A stretch of 62,453 nt of DNA, the filler included, from Dimargaris cristalligena (taxonomy: Eukaryota): the NCBI GenBank assembly GCA_003614675.1. It is 11 parts of 11 records of this genome, joined end to end, with 100 filler letters (N's around TTAATTAATTAA, not from the genome) between each part and the next. Parts side by side here need not be neighbours in the genome. Positions count along the whole stretch, not along the records: positions 22,835 to 28,428 come from ML003606.1; positions 28,529 to 34,113 come from ML003607.1; positions 34,214 to 39,791 come from ML003608.1; 8 more parts are not named here. The stretch is one strand, 5' to 3'. Positions 23,912 to 35,454 of this stretch are shown here, piece after piece. Within the stretch, counting starts at the first letter, position 1, and every line of letters starts with the position of its first letter. The translations under genes and the position numbers were made by a program. Below the pieces are notes generated by a model, which was given only the letters and a program-made list of their open reading frames with translations, had not been told where the DNA came from and did not search any database.

Positions 23912-25079
23912 AATGAATTTCCCTAAGCCACCATCCTAGAATGTGAGTCTGCCAGATAGCCAGCCTGCTTTGGCTGGGCTTAATCTACATAGCCAGTGCA
24001 ACTGAACTAAACCAAATTCAAATCAATATTGACCCAAGTACTGATACCAGTGCCCAGTTAGGTTTTGATGAATCCACCACAAATTTGGCCCCAGGACTTC
24101 TCCCCATTGACTCCCTATTAACTGATTACTACAATTATTCAAGCCAACTAGATTTCAGTGATTTACTACTATTCACCAATCCATTTGAACAGGTCAAAGA
24201 CAAAGACAGTGCTTCATGATATCAGGAACAAAACATCTCCCATCACACCCACAGTCTAATCAGTGCATCCAAGCCTGTGGAATTACTTCCCGGTGCCACA
24301 GGTAGCATACATGATACATTGGTCAGTGGTCATGAGTGGGTCAGTACAGACTTGTAACTAAATTCACTTGATGATCTGGTCAATATGTCTTGGGACCCCA
24401 CCACTGTAAGCCTATAAGCATCCAAAGGCTGCCCGCTCTACCAAAAGGTGCAGGAAATCTTAGAATTTGGTCCCGAGAGCTGTCTGGGTAGTTTACCTAA
24501 CCCTGCTGGGCCCATTCCTTATAATGAGCCATCAAAATTACGCAATGTGGAGAGGCCCTATGCCTGCAGTTATTGTGACTGCTCATACAAGACTTCAAAG
24601 ATTCTGAAGGACCATGTGAAGTCACACACTGTGGCCAAGCTTTACCCCTGTGACCAGTGCAACTCTTCATTTGTGTACCCTAGTCAGCTGAGAGGACATA
24701 TGGGAGTAGTTCAACAAGGCTGTATAACAAAAAATCCATTTGATGAGGCAAGTACTACTGGTTGAAAATAAACATCCCACCAATTTTCCCATACACATAT
24801 CAGTTAAACCCTTATACAACCAAGCTGAACTTTACCCATATGGAATGGCATGATACAATAAGATTGTATGTGTGTGGATTGTGTGGAGACTCACTCAGTA
24901 ACAGTAGAAATCTCAAATGCCATATTAAACTTAAACACCCCAGTGATGCTCCATACACCTGCTGTCACTGTAGAGTCCCGTGCCGAACCAGGAAAATTCT
25001 CAGAAGTCATCTGAAGTCACATTCCGAAAAGACACCACTGTCCTGCAGGACTGGGGTGGGGTTTATGACCGGATCATAG
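23912..25079 (+). pseudogene. Four-finger C2H2 zinc-finger gene with premature stops and a MITE insertion
   Basis: Fingers CSYC..HVKSH, CDQC..HM[MITE]EWH, CGLC..HIKLKH, CCHC..HLKSH. Upstream in-frame stops at 24217, 24355 and 24415. The 5' boundary is uncertain. Confidence 0.8.
24701..24838 (+). mobile_element. MITE inserted in zinc finger 2
   Basis: TIRs with flanking ATAT. Removing 140 nt restores GGA CAT ATG GAA TGG CAT. Confidence 0.92.
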
Positions 25080-25636
25080 CCCTGGTGAGTGTGAATTGTC
25101 AACACAAATTGGGGGAATTTTTTTTTATCTACAACCACTGTAATTATTCATCCCCTTTATAGTATAATGTCAGTGCAAATACTAGATTAATCACCCCTCC
25201 CCCGAAGAGAAACAACTTGGCACTTGCGCACCCCAGCGTTCTACTACCTATTCATTTAATATCTCACACCAGGGAGAGACCATTCGGTTTTGAAATTTCT
25301 GAAAAATCATATATACCCAGTAGCCTTCTTAGTACGAATATTAGAAAGGTACACCCCGGAAAGAAGGCTTAATTGCATGAAATTGGTCGAAAGTAGGTTG
25401 CACATTGCTCTTGTCTCAAACGTTATCTTATATTATACCTCATTAAATACCCTATTTGGGTAGAATTTATTTATGGAATTTACGCTCGGTGTCTATCTTA
25501 ATATATATTACTGAGCATTCATGCGATCAATCAATTGTATGTTGCATGGATCCTTGATATTAATTCCCCAACAAAGCATCCCAATAATAAAACAGGCACT
25601 GCAGATGAAGTCATTTAGGACATATAGTTATTCTAT

Positions 25637-25774
25637 ATAGTTAAAATCTGGCCCAGCTGTATACGGATTTGCATAATATATGTATGGATAAATGGGCGGT
25701 ATATTCATTTTCAACTAATACCGTTTACCCTATTCATCGATTCTTCACTATCCGGTATGGTTTAACCTCTCCCA
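25637..25774 (-). mobile_element. MITE copy (diverged)
   Basis: ATAT-AGTTAAAATCTGGCCCAGCTGTATA...AACCTCTCCC-ACAT. Confidence 0.65.
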
Positions 25775-25931
25775 CATCCATTATAAGTGTCGGTGACAGT
25801 ATATTGCAGAAGTAGGCTACAGAAGAGGACTTTTAGGTTTGTGTGAACAATTGTTGTTTATTAGAAGGCGCAACGTATAGAGTGGGTATAGATATAGGCA
25901 TAGATACCGCGGGCAGGAGAAGGTAGACCAT

Positions 25932-26264
25932 TCAAGCTGGAACTATCTCTGCGCCGGCGCATTGGCGCATATGCTGTACAAGCTCTCTATGCCCTAAGCG
26001 CTGTCTACATGTATTGCAGTAAAATTTTTTAGCGGTGAATCCAAAACACTGGTCTTCCATAGTTCCCAGCGATTCATCTAAACCGGATTGGTTAATAACT
26101 GGCAAGGAGCCGCAGCCGGAATATAATGTACCATCGTTTGAGTGGGTGGCGGCATCCTTTGGGGAGATGTGGGCTGGGCTGGCACGAGTATCATAGCTTG
26201 AGCTGGCCATCAAAATGACCCCTGCTAGCAGGAGTTGCACGCGGACAGAAAGTTGAAGGTACAT
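25932..26264 (-). CDS. Small protein, 110 aa, with a signal-peptide-like N-terminus and a C-terminal C2HC zinc-finger-like motif
   Basis: MYLQLSVRVQLLLAGVILMASSS and FYCNTCRQRLGHRELVQHMRQC. TATATAAA about 220 bp upstream. Confidence 0.6.
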   Translation of the reverse strand: MYLQLSVRVQLLLAGVILMASSSYDTRASPAHISPKDAATHSNDGTLYSGCGSLPVINQSGLDESLGTMEDQCFGFTAKKFYCNTCRQRLGHRELVQHMRQCAGAEIVPA

Positions 26265-26933
26265 TGCTAGTTAGAGCTGGAGACGAAGGTAGATGATATA
26301 TTGGGTGGTCAAGAGTTAGAATACTAGCGATGATCCGGTAAGCTTGTAGGAATACTGTGGTATGGAGGAAATGCGCTAACGCTAGGAGATACTTCTAATG
26401 GAAGTGGCCAAGAAGTAAACGGTTGTTGACAGAAGCGATGAATGGTTGAAAGTAATATTAATGGGGGGCTCAAAGGAAACCTTTATATACAGGGTAAATG
26501 TGGGAGAGGGTGCCGCCTCACTCTTGTTTAAGGGGGGAGGTTGATTTATGCACTTCTGACCTCCGCGTGCTCTAGAGCTTGTATCAGCTACACTAAACCA
26601 GGTAGGTAGCTGAAAGTGACAGCCATTATTTAAGCCGAATCGCAAGTATGCCGAGCTCCTCTCCCCTTTGGACAGAGTAGTTGGGGGGTTTCCTAGAAAC
26701 CAATAAGGCATGTAACACTAGTACAACCAGTTTAACCAGCCCCTCCTAGATACATGTGCCTCGTCTACAGGCATTTATAGCACGTTAACATTAGAGAGAT
26801 GCCTACGTAAATGGTATGCTCTATCTCCTATCAATATTGCTACGACACTATTAGATATTGATTTCACTTCCCAAATAATTATGACAATACGCCTTAGTAT
26901 TTATTTCTCTTCAACCTAGCCAACGCAAAATGA

Positions 26934-27071
26934 TGAGAGAAGTTCAACCAGGCTGTATAACAAAGAATCTGTTGGATAAGGCAAATATTACTGGTTGGTA
27001 ATAAATATCCCGCATATTCTCCCATACCTATATCATTTAAATCTTATACAGTTGGGTCGCATTTCACCCAT
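26934..27071 (+). mobile_element. MITE copy
   Basis: GAGAGAAGTTCAACCAGGCTGTATAAC...CTTATACAGTTGGGTCGCATTTCACCC-ATAT. Confidence 0.8.
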
Positions 27072-27098
27072 ATTGTATGGTCTCATCTGGCTTTACAT

Positions 27099-27323
27099 TT
27101 ACATATTGGTAAAAATACGAATGGCTGGGGCCTCGCCCCGACCTACAGGGAAAAGTATGTGCATGGTCCGTGTGGTTGTAATCGGCTGTCTAAGAACACT
27201 TCCGGATGGACCGCTGATGTTACCCACCACGTGCCATGTAACGGAACTTAAATGTGAGTAGGAGGAAATATGGCAATGAAAGCATATGGGTAGTACCATT
27301 GTCTTAGCCGCCCCACTGCTCAT
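27099..27323 (-). pseudogene. Possible degenerate zinc-finger remnant
   Basis: PICFHCHISSYSHLSSVTWHV resembles a decayed C2H2 finger. Confidence 0.25.
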
Positions 27324-28428
27324 GAAACCCTCTGCACTAACAGATATGGCCAGGTGCTATTGGACTAGGGGGCTGGCGAGGTACTAAGTTTTTTTAAAGC
27401 CAATATTAACACAGGTGAAGTATAGCGGCTGCATCAGGTCTCGGCTGGGCCAAGCATGGTACCACGTCTTAACTCATACTCCACTATACAGCTCAACTGA
27501 GCTTCTCTCATGGATAACTGTGACCTACATGAGGATGTTGGTTCTGTCGTAGCACAATGTTACAAAGACAATGTGACTCAAAACTATAGACCATGTTGGG
27601 CGCTGTTGGCTTCTTGGCCAAGGTATTGTAAAGGTACTATAACCGTGCAGTTATCAAAATAAACTATGGGAATCGGCATGCTTCCAAGGTTTTTCAACAG
27701 GGTAGGATGGGGCCATGTGCTTGGCCTACTTTGGCTGTGGACAGCTCCGTGGGTTGGGGTTGGCTGTCTAGGCATGTGCTTCAAATAAGTTCGTAAATGC
27801 GCTGGTCGGTATAGTGATGACGCAGTGCTTAAAATAATTTATTGAAACACCAAAGGTGAGCCATATTAACACAAACTTATTCCCTATTCTTGTGGGGCAA
27901 TATGTATTTTACCATTACTGAAATTATTACAGGACGAATAATTTGGGCTTTGCCAGTGTTTGAATGAAATATTAGGAACAGTGATTTAAGTAGCAACTGA
28001 ATTTGACCCAATCATATGCATGGTTTACCAAAATACTCTTTGGAATGGCTTACCAGACAATTGAACCTTTCAATTAACTAGGTGCATTTCAACCCGGTTG
28101 CTTAGTTATTGTTGAGGGGACAGGAAATGAACTAATGTTGACTTTGGTATGGCTTTTGTACTGACATGGGTCGGGATGGATTATCCTCTCCACAAGACAA
28201 ACTAGTCATGACCTTCGTCATGTGATCCCTGTGCAGCCTACAGTTACACCCTTGCAGGAGTATTCGGAAGACCTATGCTGAGAAATTCTTGTCCGAAAAT
28301 GAGTTCCTTTCCGCTTCCCGGATGGTAAAAGTGAATAACCCCACTTCCATGGATTGAGCACTCCGAGACCTACGAGTGGAACTCAAGGCTTCCACGTACA
28401 TATATATATATACTGTTCACACGAGAAC

Positions 28429-28528
28429 NNNNNNNNNNNNNNNNNNNNNNNNNNNNNNNNNNNNNNNNNNNNTTAATTAATTAANNNNNNNNNNNNNNNN
28501 NNNNNNNNNNNNNNNNNNNNNNNNNNNN
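28429..28528. other. Artificial contig linker
   Basis: 44 N + TTAATTAATTAA + 44 N. Confidence 0.98.
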
Positions 28529-30233
28529 ACATGGTATAATCTCAACTCCTTAAGTTTCGATTTAATAATCAATAAATAACTCTTTAGAAGCTTTTCTTTG
28601 CCCAACTCGGCACCTTGTTATTTTGTCAATCCTTACTCCTTTCGGAAACTCGGTTAACCCATAGGTCCCACTCGACCCAAACCGTTACATTACCAATACT
28701 AATGAGGATAGGAGTTTTAACAATTACGAATCCTCCCGTTATAGACTCTGTAAGGGTTTCCAAGTAATTTGCTTATCAATTTGTTTAGAACGGTGAAGTA
28801 AGTCAGTAGTGGGATCAGCACATATGAGCACATACCGGGAATATCCGGCTGTTCTGATCAAATGACACAGCCGAATACGGAATGTAAAATAGTACACGTC
28901 ATCTTAAGTTCTCCGTCTAAGGAAAATAATTATTTTTATATAAATTTGGCCGACTTTCTATTCAGTACTAAAATCGATATTCCTAGCGCCCTTCGGCCCT
29001 AGCGCAACACTGTTACGAGCTAGCAGTACTTGGTATATAACTACCACTTTACTAGACCAATATAGTAAATACTATATCATATCTATCTGTGCCGATTTTC
29101 GCAAATAGGGGGGGGGGACAACTAGGGATTTTGATCCAAAAATATATGGCTAGCGATGATTAATAATAATTATCAATCTTGAATTTAAAAAGGTAGCGCT
29201 ACATCTTCCCTTCTTAGTTTTGGACCTAGGGGGGAGGATTCTCTCAAAGGTGAAGTATTATTATCTGCCTCAGTGGTAAGCACAGTAGTATTTGCAGAGT
29301 TGTGTGTGTAGGTGGGAACATTCTTGCAATTTTCAAAGGGGATCCTTCACGCGTGAGAACCTCTTATTATTATTTGAACGGAGGACCAATTCCGTATACA
29401 GAAGCAAACCCTAAGAATACCCGCCACACTACCTCTGCCATTGGTTAACTTATTTTGGAAACACCCTTACGTCGTGGCCATTTTGTGCAAATTGACTGGC
29501 GATATCTTTCCCACAGTTTGCCAAAAAAAAAGTAGAAGTGCGGTAATATATGTAAACATTGGTCCATAATTATAAATTGACATATATGAGTAACTAGTAC
29601 AACCGCCTGAAGGGGACAACTGCCCCGATGATATAGAGATCATCTAACCCCTTCGCCGAAAAACTCCACCCGAAGGGCATTAACCAATTTCCGGCCCCAT
29701 CGGCCATATTATAAATATCGGAGGTATAAATAGAGAATCGATACTTCAGAAAGGTCGAATTATGTCTTAATAAAATTACTAATTAGATATCTACTATTTC
29801 GCTCTTCAAAAAGCAAAATAGCCCTACTCGACAAGCATGGTAATTCCCGGCCCCACTTGGCCTGAGCGAACACTAGGGAAGGTCACAGCCTAACCATCAG
29901 AGGAACATGTTTCCTATTACGGGGATCAGCAAACCTCTAAATTTGAACCGAATTTGGCATGGTAGGGTTGTGTTGTTAGAACTTAACAGAAAGATATGGT
30001 CAAGTGATTTACCTTAAGCACTTACGTGTCGTGGAGCTATGGATGTCAGTGTATTATGTTGTCCAAAAAACCCAAGTGTAAGGGCAGGGGATTCACTATT
30101 TTGCACGCCTCTATTGTGGAGGATCAGCAGATCCGGATAAACTTATTTGCTACTATGAGAATGTAAAAATGGTATCGCATATTTTTCAAAGTCACTCAAG
30201 AGAACTAATTGAGAAAATTTTCAAAATTTCATA

Positions 30234-30371
30234 TGGGTGAAATTCAGCCCAGCTATATAAGGGCTTACATTATATGTATATGGGAGAATATATGGGAATT
30301 TTATTTTTAACTAGTAATATTGGCCGAATCTAATGGATTTTTCGTTATACAGCTTAGATGAACTTCTCCCA
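30234..30371 (-). mobile_element. MITE, full length, ~200 bp upstream of the subtilase
   Basis: ATAT-GGGTGAAATTCAGCCCAGCTATATAAG...GTTATACAGCTTAGATGAACTTCTCCC-ATAT. Confidence 0.9.
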
Positions 30372-30573
30372 TATAAAACAAATCGATCTGGTCTCCCTTT
30401 CAAAATTATCCTTACCGTAGCTGTGTATGATTAATTGGTGGATATCACGTTTCTAGTCACCTAATCATCCATTAGTTGTCACCCTATCACTTATTTTTAT
30501 ATTCTTCATATTCGGGATACGCACTTTATTCAGTATTTAACCACCTCCACTGCACCGGACTCGGTCATTCACT

Positions 30574-33138
30574 ATGCGTGTCGTTTCATTGTGGGCTGTT
30601 CTAGCTACGGCCCTTCTAGGCAATTTGCTCCCAGTCATGGGCCAAATAGTGGGAGGTCCGAGCAGTGATGAATACACCACTGTTCCCCACAACTACATCG
30701 TCAAATTCGATGGTGAACCTGGTGATTCGACAGAGTCCAACGCATTCTTTGCCCAGATGGCCGCTGTTGGCATCCCCTTCACAATCGTGGCCAATTATTC
30801 GGTGTTGTTGAACGGGGTGAGTCTCGGTGTGGACGATCAGTATAACGATGCCATGGCTTCCTTCCTAGGGGTCCAAGCCGTGTGGCCCCTGGGTATTAGT
30901 AGCCTGGATGTGGCAACGGTCCAATCATCACAAAATTATCCTACTCAGCCGCCCAAACCCATGCTGGCCCACAACTACACCGGGGTCAACAATGTTCAGA
31001 ACGTGCTGAGCGCCACTGGCCGTAACGTCAAGATTGGCGTGCTCGATTCGGGTATCGATTATAATCACCCGGCATTCGGTAGCTGTTTCAAGACCCCCGG
31101 GTGCCGTGTCCAGTACGGGTATGATTTCGTGGGCGATTTTTTTATGGGTCAAAATCCGGTTCCGGATAATGACCCTTACGATCCCTGCCTAAACCACGGG
31201 ACCCACGTGGCCGGCATACTCGCGGGTAACCACGGCGATTTCAAGGGCGTGGCCCCCGATGCCACCATTGGTATGTATCGTGTGATGGGCTGCTACAATA
31301 TTGTCACTGAGGCCATCGTGATTCAGGCTCTCGAACAAGCGTATTTGGACGGAATGGATATTGTCACCATGTCCATTGGATTCCCCGGTTCTTGGGGAGC
31401 CTCTGCCTCGGGTGATGCTGCAGAGGCACTGATCAAGCTAGGTGTCTTCGTAGTATCGGCCGCCGGCAACCGGGGCCAGGATGGAATGTGGTCAATTGAC
31501 GGACCGTCGGTTCGGAATACACTTGTTTCAGTGGGCTCTGCTGAAATGCCCTTTCACTACAGCCAGTACCTCAACGTGACTTCCGATGAGCTCGTAGGGA
31601 TTCGCCGTACTATGTTTCAGAGTAGCGTAGGCTCTTTCGACATCAACCAGGCCCAGTTTGTCCGTGGTTTGGCCGCCGGAAGTACCACCGATGACTATGG
31701 GTGCAGCGCATTGCCCAGCTTTACGGGAAAGATGGTCCTTGTCCAAAACGGTGGTTGCAACATGTATACCAAGGGCCTGAATGTCCAAAATGCCGGGGGC
31801 ATTTCGATGGTTGTGTACCAGAGCGACGGTAGTGACCCTGTCACTGTTGCATACGAATACGAGCTGTACCTCCCTGCGGTGGCCATTTACAGGGCCGACG
31901 CAGTATACTTGATCAATAAGTTTAACTCCGTGGGCACCATCACCGTTTCAGTAGGACCGGATAATATTATCTTCGACTCACTGACTCCTCGTGCCCCTTC
32001 TGCCTTTTCATCCTGGGGACCCGGTCCCAAGTCCGAGGTGAAACCTGAACTTCTCGGTCCCGGCTCTAACATCTACGCCCCCTGGCCACTTACGCTAGGA
32101 TCATACGGCATCATATCCGGAACCTCGATGGCTACTCCTTACGTCGCTGGTGTGGCTGCTCTGTCCATCGAATACAGCAAGTCCAATGTCAACGGAGGAA
32201 CTCTGACGTCCATTGTTAACACCGCTCGTCCCCAAATTAACGCCGCCAGCCTTACCTACTACCCGGTGATTCAACAGGGGGCTGGCATTGTCAATGGTTA
32301 TGGCGCCACTATCTCCCCGATAATTTTTAATGTCACCACTATCAATGGCACCTTCCCTGATACTGATTGGCGTGATTTCGACAAATTTTTCAAATACAAT
32401 AACACGGGAAGTACTACCTGGGCCTACAAGCTACAATCAGCCAATGCCCAGAGTGTTTCTGGATTCGATAAAACTAAAACCCTGTCCATTCCTCCCATCA
32501 CCAATACGAAAGCACCCGATGTCTGGTTATCCACAACCTCACTGAATGCCGCCGCCGGCAAGACGGGCTATTTCGACATCAATCTTGACCACTCGTCCTA
32601 CGAACGTGCCGATTTGTTCATCTATAACGGCTACCTTATTATGTATCCCACCGCGGGGGTTTCGACGGGCTTCAACTACACTATCCCCTTCAGCGGTATA
32701 TCGTATTTTTCAACTCAGGTTCCTCTTCTTCCACCCCTAGCCACCGGTAACCCTTGCCTGATTCAGTACAAAGAGAACATCTGCCTTAACGAACTCCGTA
32801 CCTTTCAGATTCCCAATATCTACCCAGCCATGTTGTTCCGTATTCAACACCCCGTTTACCGTATCCGTATTTGCATCGCCCACGCCGCCACCCCCACTTT
32901 AATTCATGCTACAGTGACCGATACCCATATGTATAATATGGCGCGCAATATGCAGTCCGCTGGTACTATAAATTACACCTATCGTTGGACCGGTCTGGTA
33001 TTTTCTAATGGCTTTCCTACCCAACCGTTCTATCCTGTCAATGGGGACTACGTGTTCTTGGTGTATTTCTACACCTATCGTGCCAATATTGACCCCCTTG
33101 TGTGGAATTCAATTCCGATGACTATAAAGTCGCCCTGA
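30574..33138 (+). CDS. Secreted S8 subtilisin-like protease with pro-domain, PA insert and C-terminal beta-rich extension, 854 aa, intronless
   Basis: Signal peptide. Triad motifs VLDSGIDYNHP, HGTHVAGI and SGTSMATPYVAG. Oxyanion AAGN. PA-like GKMVLVQNGGC...NVQNAGG. Confidence 0.95.
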   Translation: MRVVSLWAVLATALLGNLLPVMGQIVGGPSSDEYTTVPHNYIVKFDGEPGDSTESNAFFAQMAAVGIPFTIVANYSVLLNGVSLGVDDQYNDAMASFLGVQAVWPLGISSLDVATVQSSQNYPTQPPKPMLAHNYTGVNNVQNVLSATGRNVKIGVLDSGIDYNHPAFGSCFKTPGCRVQYGYDFVGDFFMGQNPVPDNDPYDPCLNHGTHVAGILAGNHGDFKGVAPDATIGMYRVMGCYNIVTEAIVIQALEQAYLDGMDIVTMSIGFPGSWGASASGDAAEALIKLGVFVVSAAGNRGQDGMWSIDGPSVRNTLVSVGSAEMPFHYSQYLNVTSDELVGIRRTMFQSSVGSFDINQAQFVRGLAAGSTTDDYGCSALPSFTGKMVLVQNGGCNMYTKGLNVQNAGGISMVVYQSDGSDPVTVAYEYELYLPAVAIYRADAVYLINKFNSVGTITVSVGPDNIIFDSLTPRAPSAFSSWGPGPKSEVKPELLGPGSNIYAPWPLTLGSYGIISGTSMATPYVAGVAALSIEYSKSNVNGGTLTSIVNTARPQINAASLTYYPVIQQGAGIVNGYGATISPIIFNVTTINGTFPDTDWRDFDKFFKYNNTGSTTWAYKLQSANAQSVSGFDKTKTLSIPPITNTKAPDVWLSTTSLNAAAGKTGYFDINLDHSSYERADLFIYNGYLIMYPTAGVSTGFNYTIPFSGISYFSTQVPLLPPLATGNPCLIQYKENICLNELRTFQIPNIYPAMLFRIQHPVYRIRICIAHAATPTLIHATVTDTHMYNMARNMQSAGTINYTYRWTGLVFSNGFPTQPFYPVNGDYVFLVYFYTYRANIDPLVWNSIPMTIKSP

Positions 33139-33501
33139 TGTCCTAATTGAATTTGAGGAATACTCAGTATTGGTAGTCGCCAGGCGTTCTCTAATTTCAT
33201 TTATTCACCCAACACCCCTCCCTCTCCACTTACTTATAGCTTTCATAGGTTTCTATAAGTGACAAGTAGTCCTGATACTTATTTGTTATGCTACACTGAT
33301 ATTGCAGCAATTTTTAGTGTGACCCTTTATCCATTCAACTATAATTTTATGACATTCTTTGGCACCAGTTTACATTGGCCAATTGTTCATTATCCTAAAC
33401 TAAAATTATCTAATTGAATTGGGGAAATTTGACTTTCTGTGATCCTCAATTTGTCAAGAATAAACTATTGCCATCTATTGTTACATGAAATGGTTATGGG
33501 G

Positions 33502-33940
33502 TATCAGCTCTCTTAGTATGACATAGTTTGGACATAATAATTGCCCATCCTTATTAGGAATTATTGCACCATATTAACCTTCCCATGGTCACCCCCAGTA
33601 CTATGGGATTATCCTATATGATATAACCATGCTCTTTCCAGACTCCATGGTTTGCATCACTCACTCCTGGGCTGATTTAACAACTCTTCCAATTCCCAGC
33701 AGAGTCTTCCATGGTCCTTACGCCTGTCTGGTTAGCTATTCATCCCATCAGTAGACTTAGTAGTATCTTCCTCCAGGGACCTCCCTTTGGAGCTGTCCCC
33801 TATGTATATATAACTGGTCCCATTGGGACCAGTTAGATACCTTAGCTTATTCTTACCCCCTAGTTTACCTCAATAAACTCTATATATACTCACCCCCTTG
33901 TACTGACCTATAAGTATGCCTATTGCAAGTCCCTTGCATA
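33502..33940 (+). mobile_element. Family A LTR copy, interrupted at its 3' side by family B
   Basis: Colinear with 575-1010. CpG-depleted. Confidence 0.75.
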
Positions 33941-34113
33941 TGTAAAGAACTGAAATTGAATCCTTAAAAACTGAACTTTATTTAAAAAATAGATGATAGA
34001 AAGGGAAAGGTGATGATAAACTTACTGTTCCAAGAGGTGGCAGTAAGGGGGAGTATTTATACTTGAAAGAGGAAGCCTAAATGAAAAGATAGATGAATAA
34101 TAGAGAAAGGGAG
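33941..34113 (+). repeat. Repeat family B, starting TGTAAAGAACTG, cut by the contig end
   Basis: Matches the reverse complement of 1-112. Confidence 0.75.
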
Positions 34114-34213
34114 NNNNNNNNNNNNNNNNNNNNNNNNNNNNNNNNNNNNNNNNNNNNTTAATTAATTAANNNNNNNNNNNNNNNNNNNNNNNNNNNNNNN
34201 NNNNNNNNNNNNN
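34114..34213. other. Artificial contig linker
   Basis: 44 N + TTAATTAATTAA + 44 N. Confidence 0.98.
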
Positions 34214-34849
34214 TATTACATTTCATATAAATACCCATTGGGTATTCTCCTAATAAAAAGGCAGTTTTTACACTAAGTATAGTTTACCAGTTAGTTATTT
34301 TAATCCACTGGTCTTGCTCTATCCCTATCATCCATTTGGCCCAAGCCCATTCATTGTGCCTTATCTGCTGTACACTAGAAGGATCCCTGTGTAATCCCCA
34401 GTTGCCCTAGTTGTCCCTATCTGAAGATCATATAAGAATTATCCCCACTGAGTGCATGTTTTCCTTAGTTAGTTTGTTTTTCCACCAGACTGAGACTGCT
34501 CCAGTTGGCCTTGATAAAGTTATCAGGCTATATTACCTTGTGGTATTAAGTGCAACTACAATAACCTTTTGATTATAATGTTTTTTTTATAATATTTTTA
34601 GTTTATTTTATATTTCTTATCAACTGGCAATGTGAGATGATGACATATTATGCAATAGATAACCAGAAGATCAGTGGTGACTTCCCCAAGGCCACCTTGG
34701 TCTCAACCCCCTTAAAACCAGCAAAGTCTAACCCTCCACACTATATGACAAAATATGGTAACCCATCCAGTGGAAAGAAACTAGAGGTTCCCCCTCCTGC
34801 TAATACTCCCAAAGACAAAACAGTGGAGCCCCTTAAATGGTTGGCAACA

Positions 34850-35374
34850 CAGTAGACAGAGCTTAGAATCAGCCAAGTGGGTCTTAGTATTAGGTGGGGG
34901 GCACAGTACTAACTAATAAAGGCTAAGTACCAGTATATGCAAGGGATGTGTAGTGAGTACACTTACTAGTCAATACAAGGGGGGTGAGTGTATATATCAT
35001 TTATTGGGATAAACTGAAGGGGGTAAGAATAAGCTGAGGAATTGAACCAGTCCCAATGGGGCCCAGTTATATATATACTGAGGTGACCCCAGAGGAAGGT
35101 CCCCAGAGAAGGATACTACTAAGGCTAGGTGTAAGATGAATAGGCCAACTGGATGGCCACAAGTACTTAGAAGACTCTGTTGGGAACTGGAAGAGTCATC
35201 AGATCAGCCCAGAAGTAATTAGTGTGAACCTTAATATCTGGAAGGGGAACAGTTATGTAATATAGGGTGATCCCATAGTACTAGGGGTGACTATGGGAAG
35301 GTTAATATGGTGCTATAAGGCCTAATAGGGATGGATGCTAGTGTCCAAATTAGGGTGGATTAGATGGTCTGATA
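34850..35374 (-). mobile_element. Family A LTR copy, nearly full length
   Basis: Reverse complement aligns with 35455-35975 and 575-1100. Starts TATCAGACCATCTAAT. Confidence 0.78.
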
Positions 35375-35454
35375 CTCATAGTGGTACCTAAAAATTTAAA
35401 TACACACCCTGGTTTCTATCTGTTGGTTCCTTAATTTAGATTTCTTCTCATTTA

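Noticed and set aside
35375-35454. Decayed tRNA gene as the 80-bp spacer between LTRs
   Set aside because: Only a weak TAGTGGTA box is present, with no cloverleaf, and the other spacer (495-574) shows nothing similar.
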